A stretch of 64,000 bases of DNA from Alphaproteobacteria bacterium (GTDB lineage: Bacteria; Pseudomonadota; Alphaproteobacteria; SMXP01): positions 94,838-158,837 of the forward strand of contig JANQPV010000037.1 of NCBI GenBank assembly GCA_028285305.1. Reading direction: 5' to 3'. The translations under genes and the position numbers were made by a program. Below, piece after piece: positions 19,217-29,181 of this stretch; position 1 is the first letter of the stretch; each line of letters opens with the position of its first letter. The notes beneath the pieces were generated by a model that saw only the letters and a program-made list of their open reading frames with translations, had not been told where the DNA came from and searched no databases.

Positions 19217-19387
19217 ATGGCCCGCCACGTCGCGAAATCAGTTCTCCCCACCAAAGTTTGCCCCATATGCTCTCGCCCCTTTACATGGCGAAAGAAATGG
19301 GAAAAGGATTGGGAACACGTGAAATATTGCTCCCGCCGGTGCCGCGGCAGCGCCCGGTCCGCCCCCCTCCAAAAAGGCAGGTCGTAA
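19217..19387 (+). CDS. DUF2256 family small zinc-ribbon protein (56 aa)
   Basis: My translation from the ATG at 19217, four nt after the photolyase stop, is [56 protein letters not shown]. This is the CPxCxxPFxWRKKWxKDWxxVKYCSxRCR signature of DUF2256. It falls below the 60-aa ORF-track cutoff. Confidence 0.75.
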   Translation: MARHVAKSVLPTKVCPICSRPFTWRKKWEKDWEHVKYCSRRCRGSARSAPLQKGRS

Positions 19388-19467
19388 GACTGCTCAAACA
19401 ACCTTTCTTTCGCGTCTTGATCATGGTCTAAGTCCACGCAAGACATCTTATCAAAGAGGAACGGCCC

Positions 19468-20241
19468 ATGAGCGTACTTGATGCTTTCAAACTCACCGAT
19501 AAAACGGCCGTCGTCACTGGTTCCGGCCGCGGCATTGGACGCGGAATAGCCTTGGCTCTTGCAGAAGCAGGTGCAAATGTTGTGGTCTCGGCCCGGCGAC
19601 AAGACGATATCGATGCTGTGGCCAAAGAGGTTGAAGGCCTGGGGCAACAGGCGCTGGCCATTGCCGCGGATGTGACGAGTTCCGAAGATATGGATCGCTT
19701 GGCTCAAGGGGCTGTCGACAAGTTCGGCACCATCGATATCTGGGTGAACAATGCCGGCGGCCTCCCCGATGGCACACCGCGTTACCTCACAAAAACGTCT
19801 GAGGACAAATTCGCCGGCCAGATCAATTTGAACCTTAACGCTGTCTGGCTGGGGTGCGTCACTGCCGCCCAACACATGAGCGAAAACGGAGGCGCAATCA
19901 TCAACATTTCTTCGCGGGCCTCACACGGACCGCAGATCAAAAACGGCCCCTACGGCGCGTCGAAGGCAGCCGTGAACAGCCTTACATCCACCTTCTCCGT
20001 CGAACTCGCCCCGAAAATCAGGGTGAATGCCGTGGCCCCAGGACCCATTGTAACTGACAATTTCCGCGACAGCATGAACATCCAAGACGGCGAGTACGAA
20101 GAAAAGCTCCGCAAGATGATCAACATTCCACTAGAACGCTATGGAGAGCCCGAAGATATCGGTGCAGCCGTTGTCTACTTCGCCTCCCCGGCTTCAGCCT
20201 GGGTCACGGGACAAGTTCTTTTTGTGACGGGAGGCCTATAG
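19468..20241 (+). CDS. SDR family NAD(P)-dependent oxidoreductase
   Basis: TGSGRGIGRGIA Rossmann motif, NNAG, and a catalytic YGASKAA. 257 aa. Confidence 0.9.
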   Translation: MSVLDAFKLTDKTAVVTGSGRGIGRGIALALAEAGANVVVSARRQDDIDAVAKEVEGLGQQALAIAADVTSSEDMDRLAQGAVDKFGTIDIWVNNAGGLPDGTPRYLTKTSEDKFAGQINLNLNAVWLGCVTAAQHMSENGGAIINISSRASHGPQIKNGPYGASKAAVNSLTSTFSVELAPKIRVNAVAPGPIVTDNFRDSMNIQDGEYEEKLRKMINIPLERYGEPEDIGAAVVYFASPASAWVTGQVLFVTGGL

Positions 20242-21783
20242 GGATCCGGACGGGCTATCGAGAGACTTGAGAATTGTACGGGCCCGTTTCCTGTAAGCCT
20301 TCTGGGTATCGGGCTTCATACGTTCCCATGTGCGGTACACATTCCCAAGACGTGGATTGCTCTTGAGCTTGGCTTCATTGCGCACGAGAAAATCCCAATA
20401 GAGCGCATTAAAAGGGCACGACTTGTCACCGGTCTTGTCTTTGACCGAATACTGGCACCCCTTACAGTAGTTCGACATGCGATTGATATAGGCCCCGCTG
20501 GCGGCATAGGGTTTCGAGCCTAACAACCCGCCATCCGCAAACTGGCTCATCCCGATCGTATTCGGCATCTCCACCCACTCATAGGCATCCAGATAGACCG
20601 CCAAATACCATTCGTGCACGTCGCGCGGGTCAATGCCTGCGATCAACGCGAAGGTTCCGGTGACCATCAGGCGCTGAATATGGTGCGCATAGCCGAAGTC
20701 CCGCGTTTGTTCAACGGTCGAGCGGACGCAGGCCATGTCCGTTTCTCCGGTCCAATAAAAGTCCGGCAGCCCACGCTTGTTCCCAAAGTAATTCTCATGC
20801 TCATAATCCGGCATCTTGAGCCAGTAGATCCCACGGACATACTCACGCCAACCCAAGATCTGGCGAATAAAGCCCTCGACCGAATTGAGCGGCGCAACGC
20901 CCTCTTGGTACGCCTCTTCCGCCCGCCGGCAAAGATCAAGAGGATCAAGCAGACCTATATTGAGATAGAGCGACAACACGCTGTGGAACAGGAACGGTTC
21001 ATCCGTAAGCATTGCATCTTGGTAGTCGCCGAAGTGAGAGAGACCCACCTGAAAGAACCGGTCCGCGATCTGCTCAGCGTCCTTCCGCGTCACCGCATAG
21101 TCGAATCTCTCAGTCGTGCCGAAGTGATCTCCAAATCCTTCCTCAACCATCAAAGAGACATCCTCAACGATCGGATTCGGCGTTACCGTTCCACGCGACG
21201 GCATTTTCAAATCTGCGGGTGGCCTTTTACGATTTTCGGCATCGAAGTTCCACTTGCCGCCAATTGGCTTGCCACCCGCCATCAAGAGCCCATGCTTCTT
21301 GCGCATATCACGGTAGAAGTACTCCATACGGAGTTGTTTGCGTCCCTCCGTCCAACCCCGAAATTCATCCGTGGAACACAGGAAACGAGTATCGTCCACC
21401 AGGGTTAGGCGAACTCCGCACTCTCTGGCCCAATCTGTCAGGGCCTTTTGTACAGACCAGGAACTGGGACTGACGGCGACAATATGGTCGGTCTCGTGAC
21501 GGTTCAGCGCCCGGGCCGCCTCTCCAGTCAGCGTTCCCGTATTATTCGAGTCCGTTAGCTCCACATAGTCGACGTTCCAGCCCAGTGCGCGCAGTTCGTC
21601 GCGATAGTGGCGCATGGCGGAGAAGAGAAAGACGAGCTTCTTCTTGTGATAGGGAACCCGCATGGCCGCCGATCGCACTTCGCACATAAGGATCACGTCT
21701 TTGGATGGATCAGCGCCGCACTGGTCCAGAAGACCGGGCGTCAGGTGATCGCCCATGACCAAGATCAACTTCTTTCCGCTCAT
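20236..21783 (-). CDS. FeS-cluster bacterial cryptochrome/photolyase (FeS-BCP; PhrB/CryB-like (6-4) photolyase family, COG3046)
   Basis: It shares family-wide similarity with FeS-BCPs, including the C-terminal Cys cluster motif YCKGCQYS...KSCPFNALYW. The ATG at 21783 lies 2 nt after the upstream SDR stop. Its 3' end overlaps the convergent SDR gene by 6 nt. Confidence 0.8.
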   Translation of the reverse strand: MSGKKLILVMGDHLTPGLLDQCGADPSKDVILMCEVRSAAMRVPYHKKKLVFLFSAMRHYRDELRALGWNVDYVELTDSNNTGTLTGEAARALNRHETDHIVAVSPSSWSVQKALTDWARECGVRLTLVDDTRFLCSTDEFRGWTEGRKQLRMEYFYRDMRKKHGLLMAGGKPIGGKWNFDAENRKRPPADLKMPSRGTVTPNPIVEDVSLMVEEGFGDHFGTTERFDYAVTRKDAEQIADRFFQVGLSHFGDYQDAMLTDEPFLFHSVLSLYLNIGLLDPLDLCRRAEEAYQEGVAPLNSVEGFIRQILGWREYVRGIYWLKMPDYEHENYFGNKRGLPDFYWTGETDMACVRSTVEQTRDFGYAHHIQRLMVTGTFALIAGIDPRDVHEWYLAVYLDAYEWVEMPNTIGMSQFADGGLLGSKPYAASGAYINRMSNYCKGCQYSVKDKTGDKSCPFNALYWDFLVRNEAKLKSNPRLGNVYRTWERMKPDTQKAYRKRARTILKSLDSPSGSL

Positions 21784-21785
21784 GG

Positions 21786-22508
21786 CTACCAAGGTACCCG
21801 TTGGCTCGCATGATCAAAGAAGCCACCATTCGCGTCAGTGTCCAACTCATCAATCACGGTGAGGAGTTTTGACGCCGACTCTTTGGGGGTGAAGGCGCTC
21901 CGCTTACCGACATATCTCTCACTGAGGGGGGTCAACACAGTCCCCGGCTGGAGCGCAACACACAGGAGACTGGGCCGTGAGCGGGCAAACTCGATAGCTG
22001 CCGTTTTGACAATTTGATTGAGCGCCGCCTTCGAAGCCCGATAGGAGACCCAACCGCCAATCTCGTTATCACTGATAGAGCCGACGCGGGCCGACAAGGT
22101 TGCAAAAACGGTCTTGCCGGTCTTCGGCATGAGCGGCACCAAGTACTTGATGAGGAGCGCCGGTCCAACGGCATTGATACGGAACGCCTTGGACATTGTC
22201 TCGGCAGTGATCATTTTCAACGACTTTTCGGGCCCCGCCCCGTCAATTTCCAACGCGCCCGTCGCATCAATGATGAGCGAGAACTTCTGGCGATCTCCGG
22301 AGAGTTGTTCCGCACACTTTTCAATGGAGCGTTCATCCAAAAGATCAAATCCGGGATGGGAGCTTCGGTCCATCCGATGAACCTCGGCACAACGGGGATC
22401 TTTATCCAAAGCCGCAAGAAGCGCACCGCCGATCCCGCCGGTTGCCCCTACAACAAGAGCATGGAAAGAATCCCCAAAGCTCTTAAGCCCGCTCGCACTA
22501 TCCATCAC
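21786..22508 (-). CDS. SDR family oxidoreductase (C-factor/CsgA-like short-chain dehydrogenase)
   Basis: VVGATGGIGGALLAAL Rossmann motif and YRASKAALN. Its start overlaps the GST stop (ATGA). Confidence 0.85.
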   Translation of the reverse strand: MMDSASGLKSFGDSFHALVVGATGGIGGALLAALDKDPRCAEVHRMDRSSHPGFDLLDERSIEKCAEQLSGDRQKFSLIIDATGALEIDGAGPEKSLKMITAETMSKAFRINAVGPALLIKYLVPLMPKTGKTVFATLSARVGSISDNEIGGWVSYRASKAALNQIVKTAAIEFARSRPSLLCVALQPGTVLTPLSERYVGKRSAFTPKESASKLLTVIDELDTDANGGFFDHASQRVPW

Positions 22509-23122
22509 CCAACCGGTTCCAGCGCCTTCTGAAGCCCTGGGCGCTCCATCAAACGCTTCCGATAGGCTTTCAGGTTCTCCTGTTCAAGGAGCTTCAGATT
22601 ACCGGCAGAGAAAATCGCATGGCCGATCATGATATCGGCCGCGGAAAAAGGCCCGCCCAACAAGAAATCATTGTCACCCAGTTGCGCGCTCACGCGGGCC
22701 AAGAGCGGCAGCGCATTGGCTTTTGCATAGTCCGCCACTTGCGGCAAACGCTCTTCTTCTGGCCGCCAGTAGCTATTGATCGCATAATCCGCAACAGGAC
22801 TAAGGAGTGTCCCTTCTGCAAAATGAATCCAACTGAGATACTCCGGCCATCCAGCCTCTCCCGGCCGCGGCGCGAACTTACCTTCTTCATCATATGTATA
22901 AAGAATATAGTCTACGATGGCAGATGATTCAAAAACCCTTACGCCATTATCTTCGATTGCCGGCACCCGCCCAAATGGATGCACGCGCTCGAATTCGCTC
23001 GCGCCCAATGCCGGATCGTCAAACCCGGACAACACCTTCAGCTCATGCGGAACGCCAAGTTCTTCCAGGAGCCAACGGATGCGGACAGAGCGTGTGAGAT
23101 GGATATGATAAAGAACAAGCAT
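22505..23122 (-). CDS. glutathione S-transferase
   Basis: Thioredoxin-like N-terminal domain (LVLYHIHLTRSVRIRWLLEELGVPHE) and a C-terminal helical GST domain. It is first in a three-gene coupled operon. Confidence 0.8.
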   Translation of the reverse strand: MLVLYHIHLTRSVRIRWLLEELGVPHELKVLSGFDDPALGASEFERVHPFGRVPAIEDNGVRVFESSAIVDYILYTYDEEGKFAPRPGEAGWPEYLSWIHFAEGTLLSPVADYAINSYWRPEEERLPQVADYAKANALPLLARVSAQLGDNDFLLGGPFSAADIMIGHAIFSAGNLKLLEQENLKAYRKRLMERPGLQKALEPVG

Positions 23123-24023
23123 GACAAGCTCCCGATACTGGATCGAATTACGTTATACCGGTTCCCGAGGTTCACGAGGCGCATTGAATTCGAGAGTGCG
23201 CCCGGCGGCTCATAGCCAGGAAACAGCATATCTTGAGTTGGGCAAGTCTTGTTCTTTGAGACAAAGTCCAAGTCCCGCAACCCAGGCACATTTACTCAAG
23301 GCTTAGGCAAAACAAACAGGGACGCCTTCGTCTGTCTTAAGTGATGGGCTGCACAGGGCATCACTGCGCGGAAATCTGCGGAAAATCATTAGGCCTTTGT
23401 CTGCTGCACAGCCTGCACCATTCTGGAGGGGAAAGGCCGTTTTCAACGCGAAATAGATATGAATGAACCCGAATCCGCGACCGAATGTCATAAGCACCTT
23501 CCCCGCCAACACCCAGAAAGCGGAATCGAATGAAGACTTTTTAGGGGTGGAATCGTGTTACGCCCTATCGCTACTCGCTAGCCGTTGAGAACTACAGTAA
23601 CTCGCTTTACTGGAGCGAAAGGCTGACGGATTGAATTCTGTCTTGTACGATGCTTACCGATTGTGGCCGCACCCGGATCACCGACTACTTTCCACCGGAG
23701 AGCCTTATCCAGATCGATATCGATAACCCAGTGAAGCCGTCGAGATTATTGGAGATGCAATCGCGTGAGACCCACCAAATCTTTTGTGCGCCGATTCCGG
23801 TCTTTGCTGGTTTCAGTAAAACTCGAACTCAGGTGGCTATCAGCTTCAACCCATAACGGGCTTTGCCGCCACGGCGACACAATTACCGAACCGGCATCGG
23901 CGTCCGCCTTTGAGGAGCACCCAACAAACACAAAATCAGGGAACGATACGGTTGGGTGAAGCCGCACAAGCAGTCCGAGGGCACCCCTGTCTGCGCCAGA
24001 CCGACTGCGCATAAGAGAGCCTC

Positions 24024-25676
24024 TTAAAGGTTCCCTTTTCTCGCCTCCGCGGCAATGAACGTGCACGCTCGAGCCGTCACGGCCATTTCCGTAAAGGTGG
24101 GTTTCTGCCAGCCGATACTCGGCCAGCAAGCCCCGTCTGTCACGAAAAGATTGGGACAGCCCCAAACTTGATTGTTTGAGTTGAGGACGGACTCACTGGG
24201 TGAGGCCCCCATCCGGGCGCCTCCCACCTCATGCAAGAAAGATCCGGGCACAGAGAAGTCCATATTCTCCTCGAACGTGCGCACGTTCTTGCCCACCACG
24301 GGCATGTGGAACATGTCGGAAAGACGATGAACTTTGGCTCCGGCCGCATCAAGCAACTCTTCCATCGTCTCGCCCATATCAGCAACCATAGCTGCCTCAT
24401 TCTCTCCCCACGAACAATCGATGTGGGGCGCCGGAATACCCCACGCGTCTTTCACCTCCGGATCCAACTTAACTTGATTTCGGTACTCCGGAAGAACTTC
24501 CCCATGACCAAAGATCATACCGATGGACCCCGGGCCCACTTTTCGGAGGAACGGAGGAACGCCGTTAAGCCTCTGGACACCGAACATCAAGCAATAATCT
24601 CGCAAGAAGTTCCGCTTTCGGTTCTTACGGTTTCGCATATTGAGAACAAACAAACCGCCATCCCCGACGAATTCATAAACGTCTTTGGACGGCTTGATTT
24701 GAGGAAGCAGAAACCATTTTGCCGAAACCAAGTGATCCATCAGGTAGTGGCCCAGCGTCCCGGACTCGTCCTTTATCCCGCCTTGCTGGAACTCTTCTGT
24801 CGAATGAAGCAGAAGGCGGACCGATTCGATAGCCGAGGCACAGAGCACCACGACCTTAGCTTGCACTTCATGATAGGTCTTCTTGGTTCGATGGTAGTAC
24901 CCAACACCTGTGGATTTGCCGGTTTCACGATCGAACGTCACATGGCTGACAACAGAATCCGGCCAAATCTCAGTATTTCCAGTTGCCAGAGCGACTTTCA
25001 GGGACCCGGACAGGCTAGACTGAGGCGCCCATGGCTCCTGCATGCTCGGCTTGAACGCCTGGGTGGTTTTGATCCCACGGGCGGATATGACACTCTGCTC
25101 CGGCCACACGCGAGAGGCCACCTCAGTCAGATGCTCTTCACCCGGACTTCTTGGCGATGCAGGCAAGGTGTCCCCGTCGGGGACGAAAGGCAATCCATCC
25201 TGATTTCCCCGGATGTCATACAATTTCTCGATCATGGAGTAATGTGGCGCTAGATCTTCATAGGCGATCGGCCAATCAATCCCGAAACCGTCATTGGACG
25301 CTGCTTTAAACTCAAAATTGGACATCCGCGGCGTAACCGCCCCCCACCATAGGCTGCGCCCACCGACATGACGCCCACGCACAAAATGGAACGGCCGGTC
25401 TTCAGGCGTCGTATACGGATTGTCCCGTTCATCGACATACAGATTGGGGTCGTACTCAACATAGGTTGAGTGAATACGCTGTACTTTGTGCCGTCCGGTA
25501 AAGCCCGCAAAGATTCGAGATGCATGTTGAGCAATGAATGAACGATAGGTATGTTTGGGATTGAGCATGGGCCCGGCTTCGAGCACCGCAACCTTCAACC
25601 CGGCTTCGGCGAGCACTTTGGCGGCCATACCCCCATTCGGGCCCGATCCGACCACAATCACATCAATTTCGTCCAC
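24024..25676 (-). CDS. GMC family FAD-dependent oxidoreductase
   Basis: FAD motif DVIVVGSGPNGGMAAKVLAEAGLKVAVLEAG and a C-terminal GMC region. 550 aa. Confidence 0.85.
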   Translation of the reverse strand: MDEIDVIVVGSGPNGGMAAKVLAEAGLKVAVLEAGPMLNPKHTYRSFIAQHASRIFAGFTGRHKVQRIHSTYVEYDPNLYVDERDNPYTTPEDRPFHFVRGRHVGGRSLWWGAVTPRMSNFEFKAASNDGFGIDWPIAYEDLAPHYSMIEKLYDIRGNQDGLPFVPDGDTLPASPRSPGEEHLTEVASRVWPEQSVISARGIKTTQAFKPSMQEPWAPQSSLSGSLKVALATGNTEIWPDSVVSHVTFDRETGKSTGVGYYHRTKKTYHEVQAKVVVLCASAIESVRLLLHSTEEFQQGGIKDESGTLGHYLMDHLVSAKWFLLPQIKPSKDVYEFVGDGGLFVLNMRNRKNRKRNFLRDYCLMFGVQRLNGVPPFLRKVGPGSIGMIFGHGEVLPEYRNQVKLDPEVKDAWGIPAPHIDCSWGENEAAMVADMGETMEELLDAAGAKVHRLSDMFHMPVVGKNVRTFEENMDFSVPGSFLHEVGGARMGASPSESVLNSNNQVWGCPNLFVTDGACWPSIGWQKPTFTEMAVTARACTFIAAEARKGNL

Positions 25677-25708
25677 CCGAACTCCCCAACCTCAAGTTTT
25701 GACGCGTG

Positions 25709-26482
25709 CTAGTTCGCGCCTACCCAAAAAGGGTCTTGCTCCATATTTTGTGCAACGCGATCAAGTACCTGCTCAACCGTTAAAAAAGTGTACCCATCTT
25801 CTTTCAGGGCTCGAATGATATTCCTCGCCGCTCGAACCGTTCCGCTGCGATCGGTCCCTGGCACTTGGTCATAACCATCATGCAAAATAATGATCGATCC
25901 AGGCTTGGTGTGCTTGAGAACGATTTCAGTAATCCGGTCGGGATCCTGGGTCATCCAATCATCCCCAAAAACGAGGCCCGCCACATGTGGCTCTCCACGC
26001 TCTCGAAGAAGAGACGTCGTGTGCAGGCCAACCATAAGTCTAGGCGCCCGATATCGTATGGGGCCCTCTACACCCAGTTCTCGCAGTTGGCGTTCCGTTC
26101 GCTCATACCACGTGACCACTTTTTTGGAACCCATGAACGCGAGAACTCTCTCATCATAAAAGTGGTTACCAACTTCGTGGCCGTCATCGATGATACGGCG
26201 GACCGAATCCGGATAGGCCTCAGCATACTTACCAACAACAAAAAAAGTCGCCTTAACGCCTTCCTCTTTCAAAACTTCCAATATTTGCTCTGTATACGGT
26301 GGGTTCGGACCGTCATCAATGGTGAGAGCAACCACCTTGTCTTCTCCGGGAATAGAGAATATGGACGTACCCATTGGCCTCGGCGCGTAAAGCCAAAGAA
26401 GAACCAAAGCGCCCACGATGAGCGCAACCGCAAGAGACATCGCAATCATAGAGAATGCTGAGGACATCAAGTGGTGTGCCAA
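25709..26482 (-). CDS. polysaccharide deacetylase family protein (NodB homology domain), membrane-anchored
   Basis: N-terminal TM helix, then the NodB motifs TIDDGP and HEVGNH. Confidence 0.8.
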   Translation of the reverse strand: MAHHLMSSAFSMIAMSLAVALIVGALVLLWLYAPRPMGTSIFSIPGEDKVVALTIDDGPNPPYTEQILEVLKEEGVKATFFVVGKYAEAYPDSVRRIIDDGHEVGNHFYDERVLAFMGSKKVVTWYERTERQLRELGVEGPIRYRAPRLMVGLHTTSLLRERGEPHVAGLVFGDDWMTQDPDRITEIVLKHTKPGSIIILHDGYDQVPGTDRSGTVRAARNIIRALKEDGYTFLTVEQVLDRVAQNMEQDPFWVGAN

Positions 26483-26756
26483 TTCTGTTCTTTTTCTGAA
26501 ACATTTGTTTCATATTTTGGGCTGGCACGATACCTGAATCTATGCACGAGAAAAGCCCAAAGGTGGACTTTTTGCGGCAAATCGATGGTCTTGTCTCTAA
26601 CCATGGTTAAGGAACGTTTGGTATAAGGATTTTGGATGAATGCGGAAGTCTCAGAACGGCACATCCAAAAACTCGTCGACCTTCCCCATTCATCATTATA
26701 CCCACGGCAGTGGAACGCAAATTGTTCATTTCACGCACGGGTGACGGTCAGTTGCA

Positions 26757-28046
26757 ATGAAAATCGGCATCGCAGTAATTGGCACACGCGGGGATCTCCA
26801 ACCCTATATCGTTTTGGCGCGCGCACTGAACCAAGCGGGCTATCGTGCGCGCGTTTTCGGCCCACCGAACTTCGGCGACTTAGCCGCATCATTGGGGGTT
26901 GAATACGAAGGATTTGGGGTAAACTGGCAAGACGCGTTCTCCCATCCCGATACCCAGCAATTGCTCGAAGGCGATCTCTTCTTTTTACCGAAAATTTGGG
27001 ACTCAATTGTCCTAAAGATGCTTGATAGCGGTCTCGAAGCTTGCAAGAGGGCCGCCGAGTGGGGCGATGCACTTCTTTATCACGCGACCACAGTTGGCGG
27101 ACCCGACATTGCGGAAGCCACCGGCAAGCCGGTCATCTGCACAGCATTGCAGCCTGTGACAACGCCGACCGGCTTACATCCACTCCCGAGTGTACCTCTT
27201 TTCCAAATGCAATTGGCCCAAAACCTAGGACCAATTGTCAATCGCGCAACCTTCTTGTCTTGGCGAGCCCAACGGTTGCTCTTCTACAATCGCATTGGGC
27301 GGTGGCGCAAAAGAGAGCTGGGGCTGTCTTCCAGTGGACCGATGTTTCCTCGAGTTGCGCAAGGCTCAATGGGATTGCTGCCGCGATTGCACCTGGTTTC
27401 ACCACAAATCTCGGCAATTCCTGATGACACCGAAACCCATCTCTACACCACAGGCTATGCCTTCCTGGACTCGAACGAAGAAGAGACGTTAGACCCTCAG
27501 CTGGAAGATTTTCTTGAATCCGGCCCCACGCCAATTTATGTCGGATTCGGAGGCGCTTCCCTGAACGATACGGAACGATTCACAAACAGAGTCATGGAGG
27601 GCCTTCGCTCAACAGGCGTACGAGCCGTGGTCGCCACAGGCTGGGGCGGGCTGCAAGAAGCTGAGACCGACGACAACTTCTTGTTCGTAAATTATGTGCC
27701 CTTCGACAAACTGTTCCCCCGGGTGAAAGCCATCGTTCACCATTGCAGCGCCGGCACATTTGGACGCATTCTTTATTTTGGGAAACCGATGCTAAACGTG
27801 CCGTTCTCGTTTGATATGCCATGGTTTGGCGCACGAGGATATGAGATGGGCGTTGCGCCAAAACCAATACTCGCACGCCGCCTGAAAACCGACGTCTTTG
27901 CCCGGCGTCTCAATGACTTGCTAAGCAATTCCAGGTATAGCCAGACGGCCGAGGAAATCGGCCAAAAAATGCGTCTTGAAGATGGAAATGCCACAGCCGT
28001 AAAGCGGATTACAACCATTCTCGACGCCAAATCAAAAAATGGATGA
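26757..28046 (+). CDS. GT1 family glycosyltransferase (MGT / UDP-glycosyltransferase, CrtX / sterol-glucosyltransferase-like)
   Basis: N-terminal GTRGDLQPYIVLARAL and a C-terminal UDP-sugar-binding region HHCSAGTF...G.P typical of GT1. Confidence 0.75.
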   Translation: MKIGIAVIGTRGDLQPYIVLARALNQAGYRARVFGPPNFGDLAASLGVEYEGFGVNWQDAFSHPDTQQLLEGDLFFLPKIWDSIVLKMLDSGLEACKRAAEWGDALLYHATTVGGPDIAEATGKPVICTALQPVTTPTGLHPLPSVPLFQMQLAQNLGPIVNRATFLSWRAQRLLFYNRIGRWRKRELGLSSSGPMFPRVAQGSMGLLPRLHLVSPQISAIPDDTETHLYTTGYAFLDSNEEETLDPQLEDFLESGPTPIYVGFGGASLNDTERFTNRVMEGLRSTGVRAVVATGWGGLQEAETDDNFLFVNYVPFDKLFPRVKAIVHHCSAGTFGRILYFGKPMLNVPFSFDMPWFGARGYEMGVAPKPILARRLKTDVFARRLNDLLSNSRYSQTAEEIGQKMRLEDGNATAVKRITTILDAKSKNG

Positions 28047-28117
28047 TGGGCCTCTATTGGTGATCTGCCCGATTTCGCATTCCGTAACTAGAGTTAAGGT
28101 GAATTCTGAGTAGAGAA

Positions 28118-29137
28118 ATGCAATCCGTATTGGTTACAGGCGCAACAGGGTACATAGCAACTCATACCATACTCGCGCTCATCGAAAATGGTTATTCCGT
28201 ACGCGGAACAGTTAGATCCCTGGCCCACGGACAGGATCTCGTTGAGCGGTTGTCAGGCTACGCCGAGAAACCAATCTCGTTCGAACTGGCGGAAGCGGAT
28301 CTGTCGAAAGACGAAGGTTGGAAAGAAGCCATGGATGGCATCGACTATGTCCTCCACTTGGCTTCCCCAGCGCCCCTAATTCTTCCAGACAACGACAATT
28401 TGATTGTCGAACCGGCCCGAGACGGCACAGTTCGCGTGTTAGAGGCAGCCAGAGATTCCATGTCCGTCAAACGTGTCGTCATCACATCATCCGTGACAGC
28501 TATTACCCATGGCTGCGGACCAAAATTGCCCGAAACGTTCAATGAGAGCCATTGGACGGATCCGACGAACCTGACCGATACAACGGCCTATTCGCGTTCC
28601 AAAGTCGTGGCGGAACGCGCAGCCTGGTCGTTCGTTTCCAATTCCAACATAAATTTTGATCTGGTTTGCTTGCATCCCACGCTCGTTCTGGGACCCGTCA
28701 TGGGACCAAAATTTGCTGCTACTTTGAGCTTCGTCAGCAAGCTGATGGCAGGAGAAGTTCCACTCATTCCAAGTGTCGGATATCAAGTTATCGATGTGCG
28801 CGACGCCGCGTTGGCCCATGTTCGCGCGCTGCAAAATGCAGACGCAGGCGGAAACCGGTTCATATTAAGCGGCGAATTCTTATGGATGAAAGACGTCGCT
28901 AACATTTTGCGTTCCTCCTTCGACGATCGATCCTTCCCTCGTTTCTCCGTTCCAAATAGCCTCTTGCATCTTGCCGGGCGCTTTGAGCCTTCCCTCAAAA
29001 ATGTGATGATCGATGTGGGAAGAAGACGAATTGCATCAAGCGAACAAGCGCAAAAGCATTTGGGATGGTGTCCCCGGCCCGCTGAAGAAAGCGTCCTCGA
29101 CTGCGCCCACAGCTTAGTGCGTCACGGCGTCGTTTAA
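28118..29137 (+). CDS. NAD-dependent epimerase/dehydratase family protein (extended SDR; 3-beta-HSD / dihydroflavonol-reductase-like)
   Basis: VLVTGATGYIATHTILAL Rossmann motif, a YSRSK catalytic motif, and a 339-aa extended-SDR architecture. Confidence 0.8.
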   Translation: MQSVLVTGATGYIATHTILALIENGYSVRGTVRSLAHGQDLVERLSGYAEKPISFELAEADLSKDEGWKEAMDGIDYVLHLASPAPLILPDNDNLIVEPARDGTVRVLEAARDSMSVKRVVITSSVTAITHGCGPKLPETFNESHWTDPTNLTDTTAYSRSKVVAERAAWSFVSNSNINFDLVCLHPTLVLGPVMGPKFAATLSFVSKLMAGEVPLIPSVGYQVIDVRDAALAHVRALQNADAGGNRFILSGEFLWMKDVANILRSSFDDRSFPRFSVPNSLLHLAGRFEPSLKNVMIDVGRRRIASSEQAQKHLGWCPRPAEESVLDCAHSLVRHGVV

Positions 29138-29181
29138 CGGCCTCAAATCTCAGCGAAATCTTGCACCAAACAAAAACTTTG

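Noticed and set aside
18320-19228. 302-aa minus-strand ORF
   Set aside because: It is antisense to the photolyase gene. Its composition is dominated by Arg/Pro/Gly, and the photolyase frame carries the conserved FAD-binding motifs.
20614-21408. 264-aa plus-strand ORF
   Set aside because: It is antisense to the FeS-BCP photolyase and has no conserved motifs.
23300-24023. Considered RNase P RNA, tmRNA, SRP RNA or 6S RNA in the gene-free region
   Set aside because: I could not find the conserved RNase P P4 elements (GGAAAGUCCGG…), an alphaproteobacterial tmRNA tag-peptide reading frame, or the SRP domain IV motif. It is left as an unexplained non-coding region rather than called.
24231-25253. 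340-aa plus-strand ORF
   Set aside because: It is antisense inside the GMC oxidoreductase gene, and the opposite frame carries the FAD-binding GxGxxG and GMC signatures.
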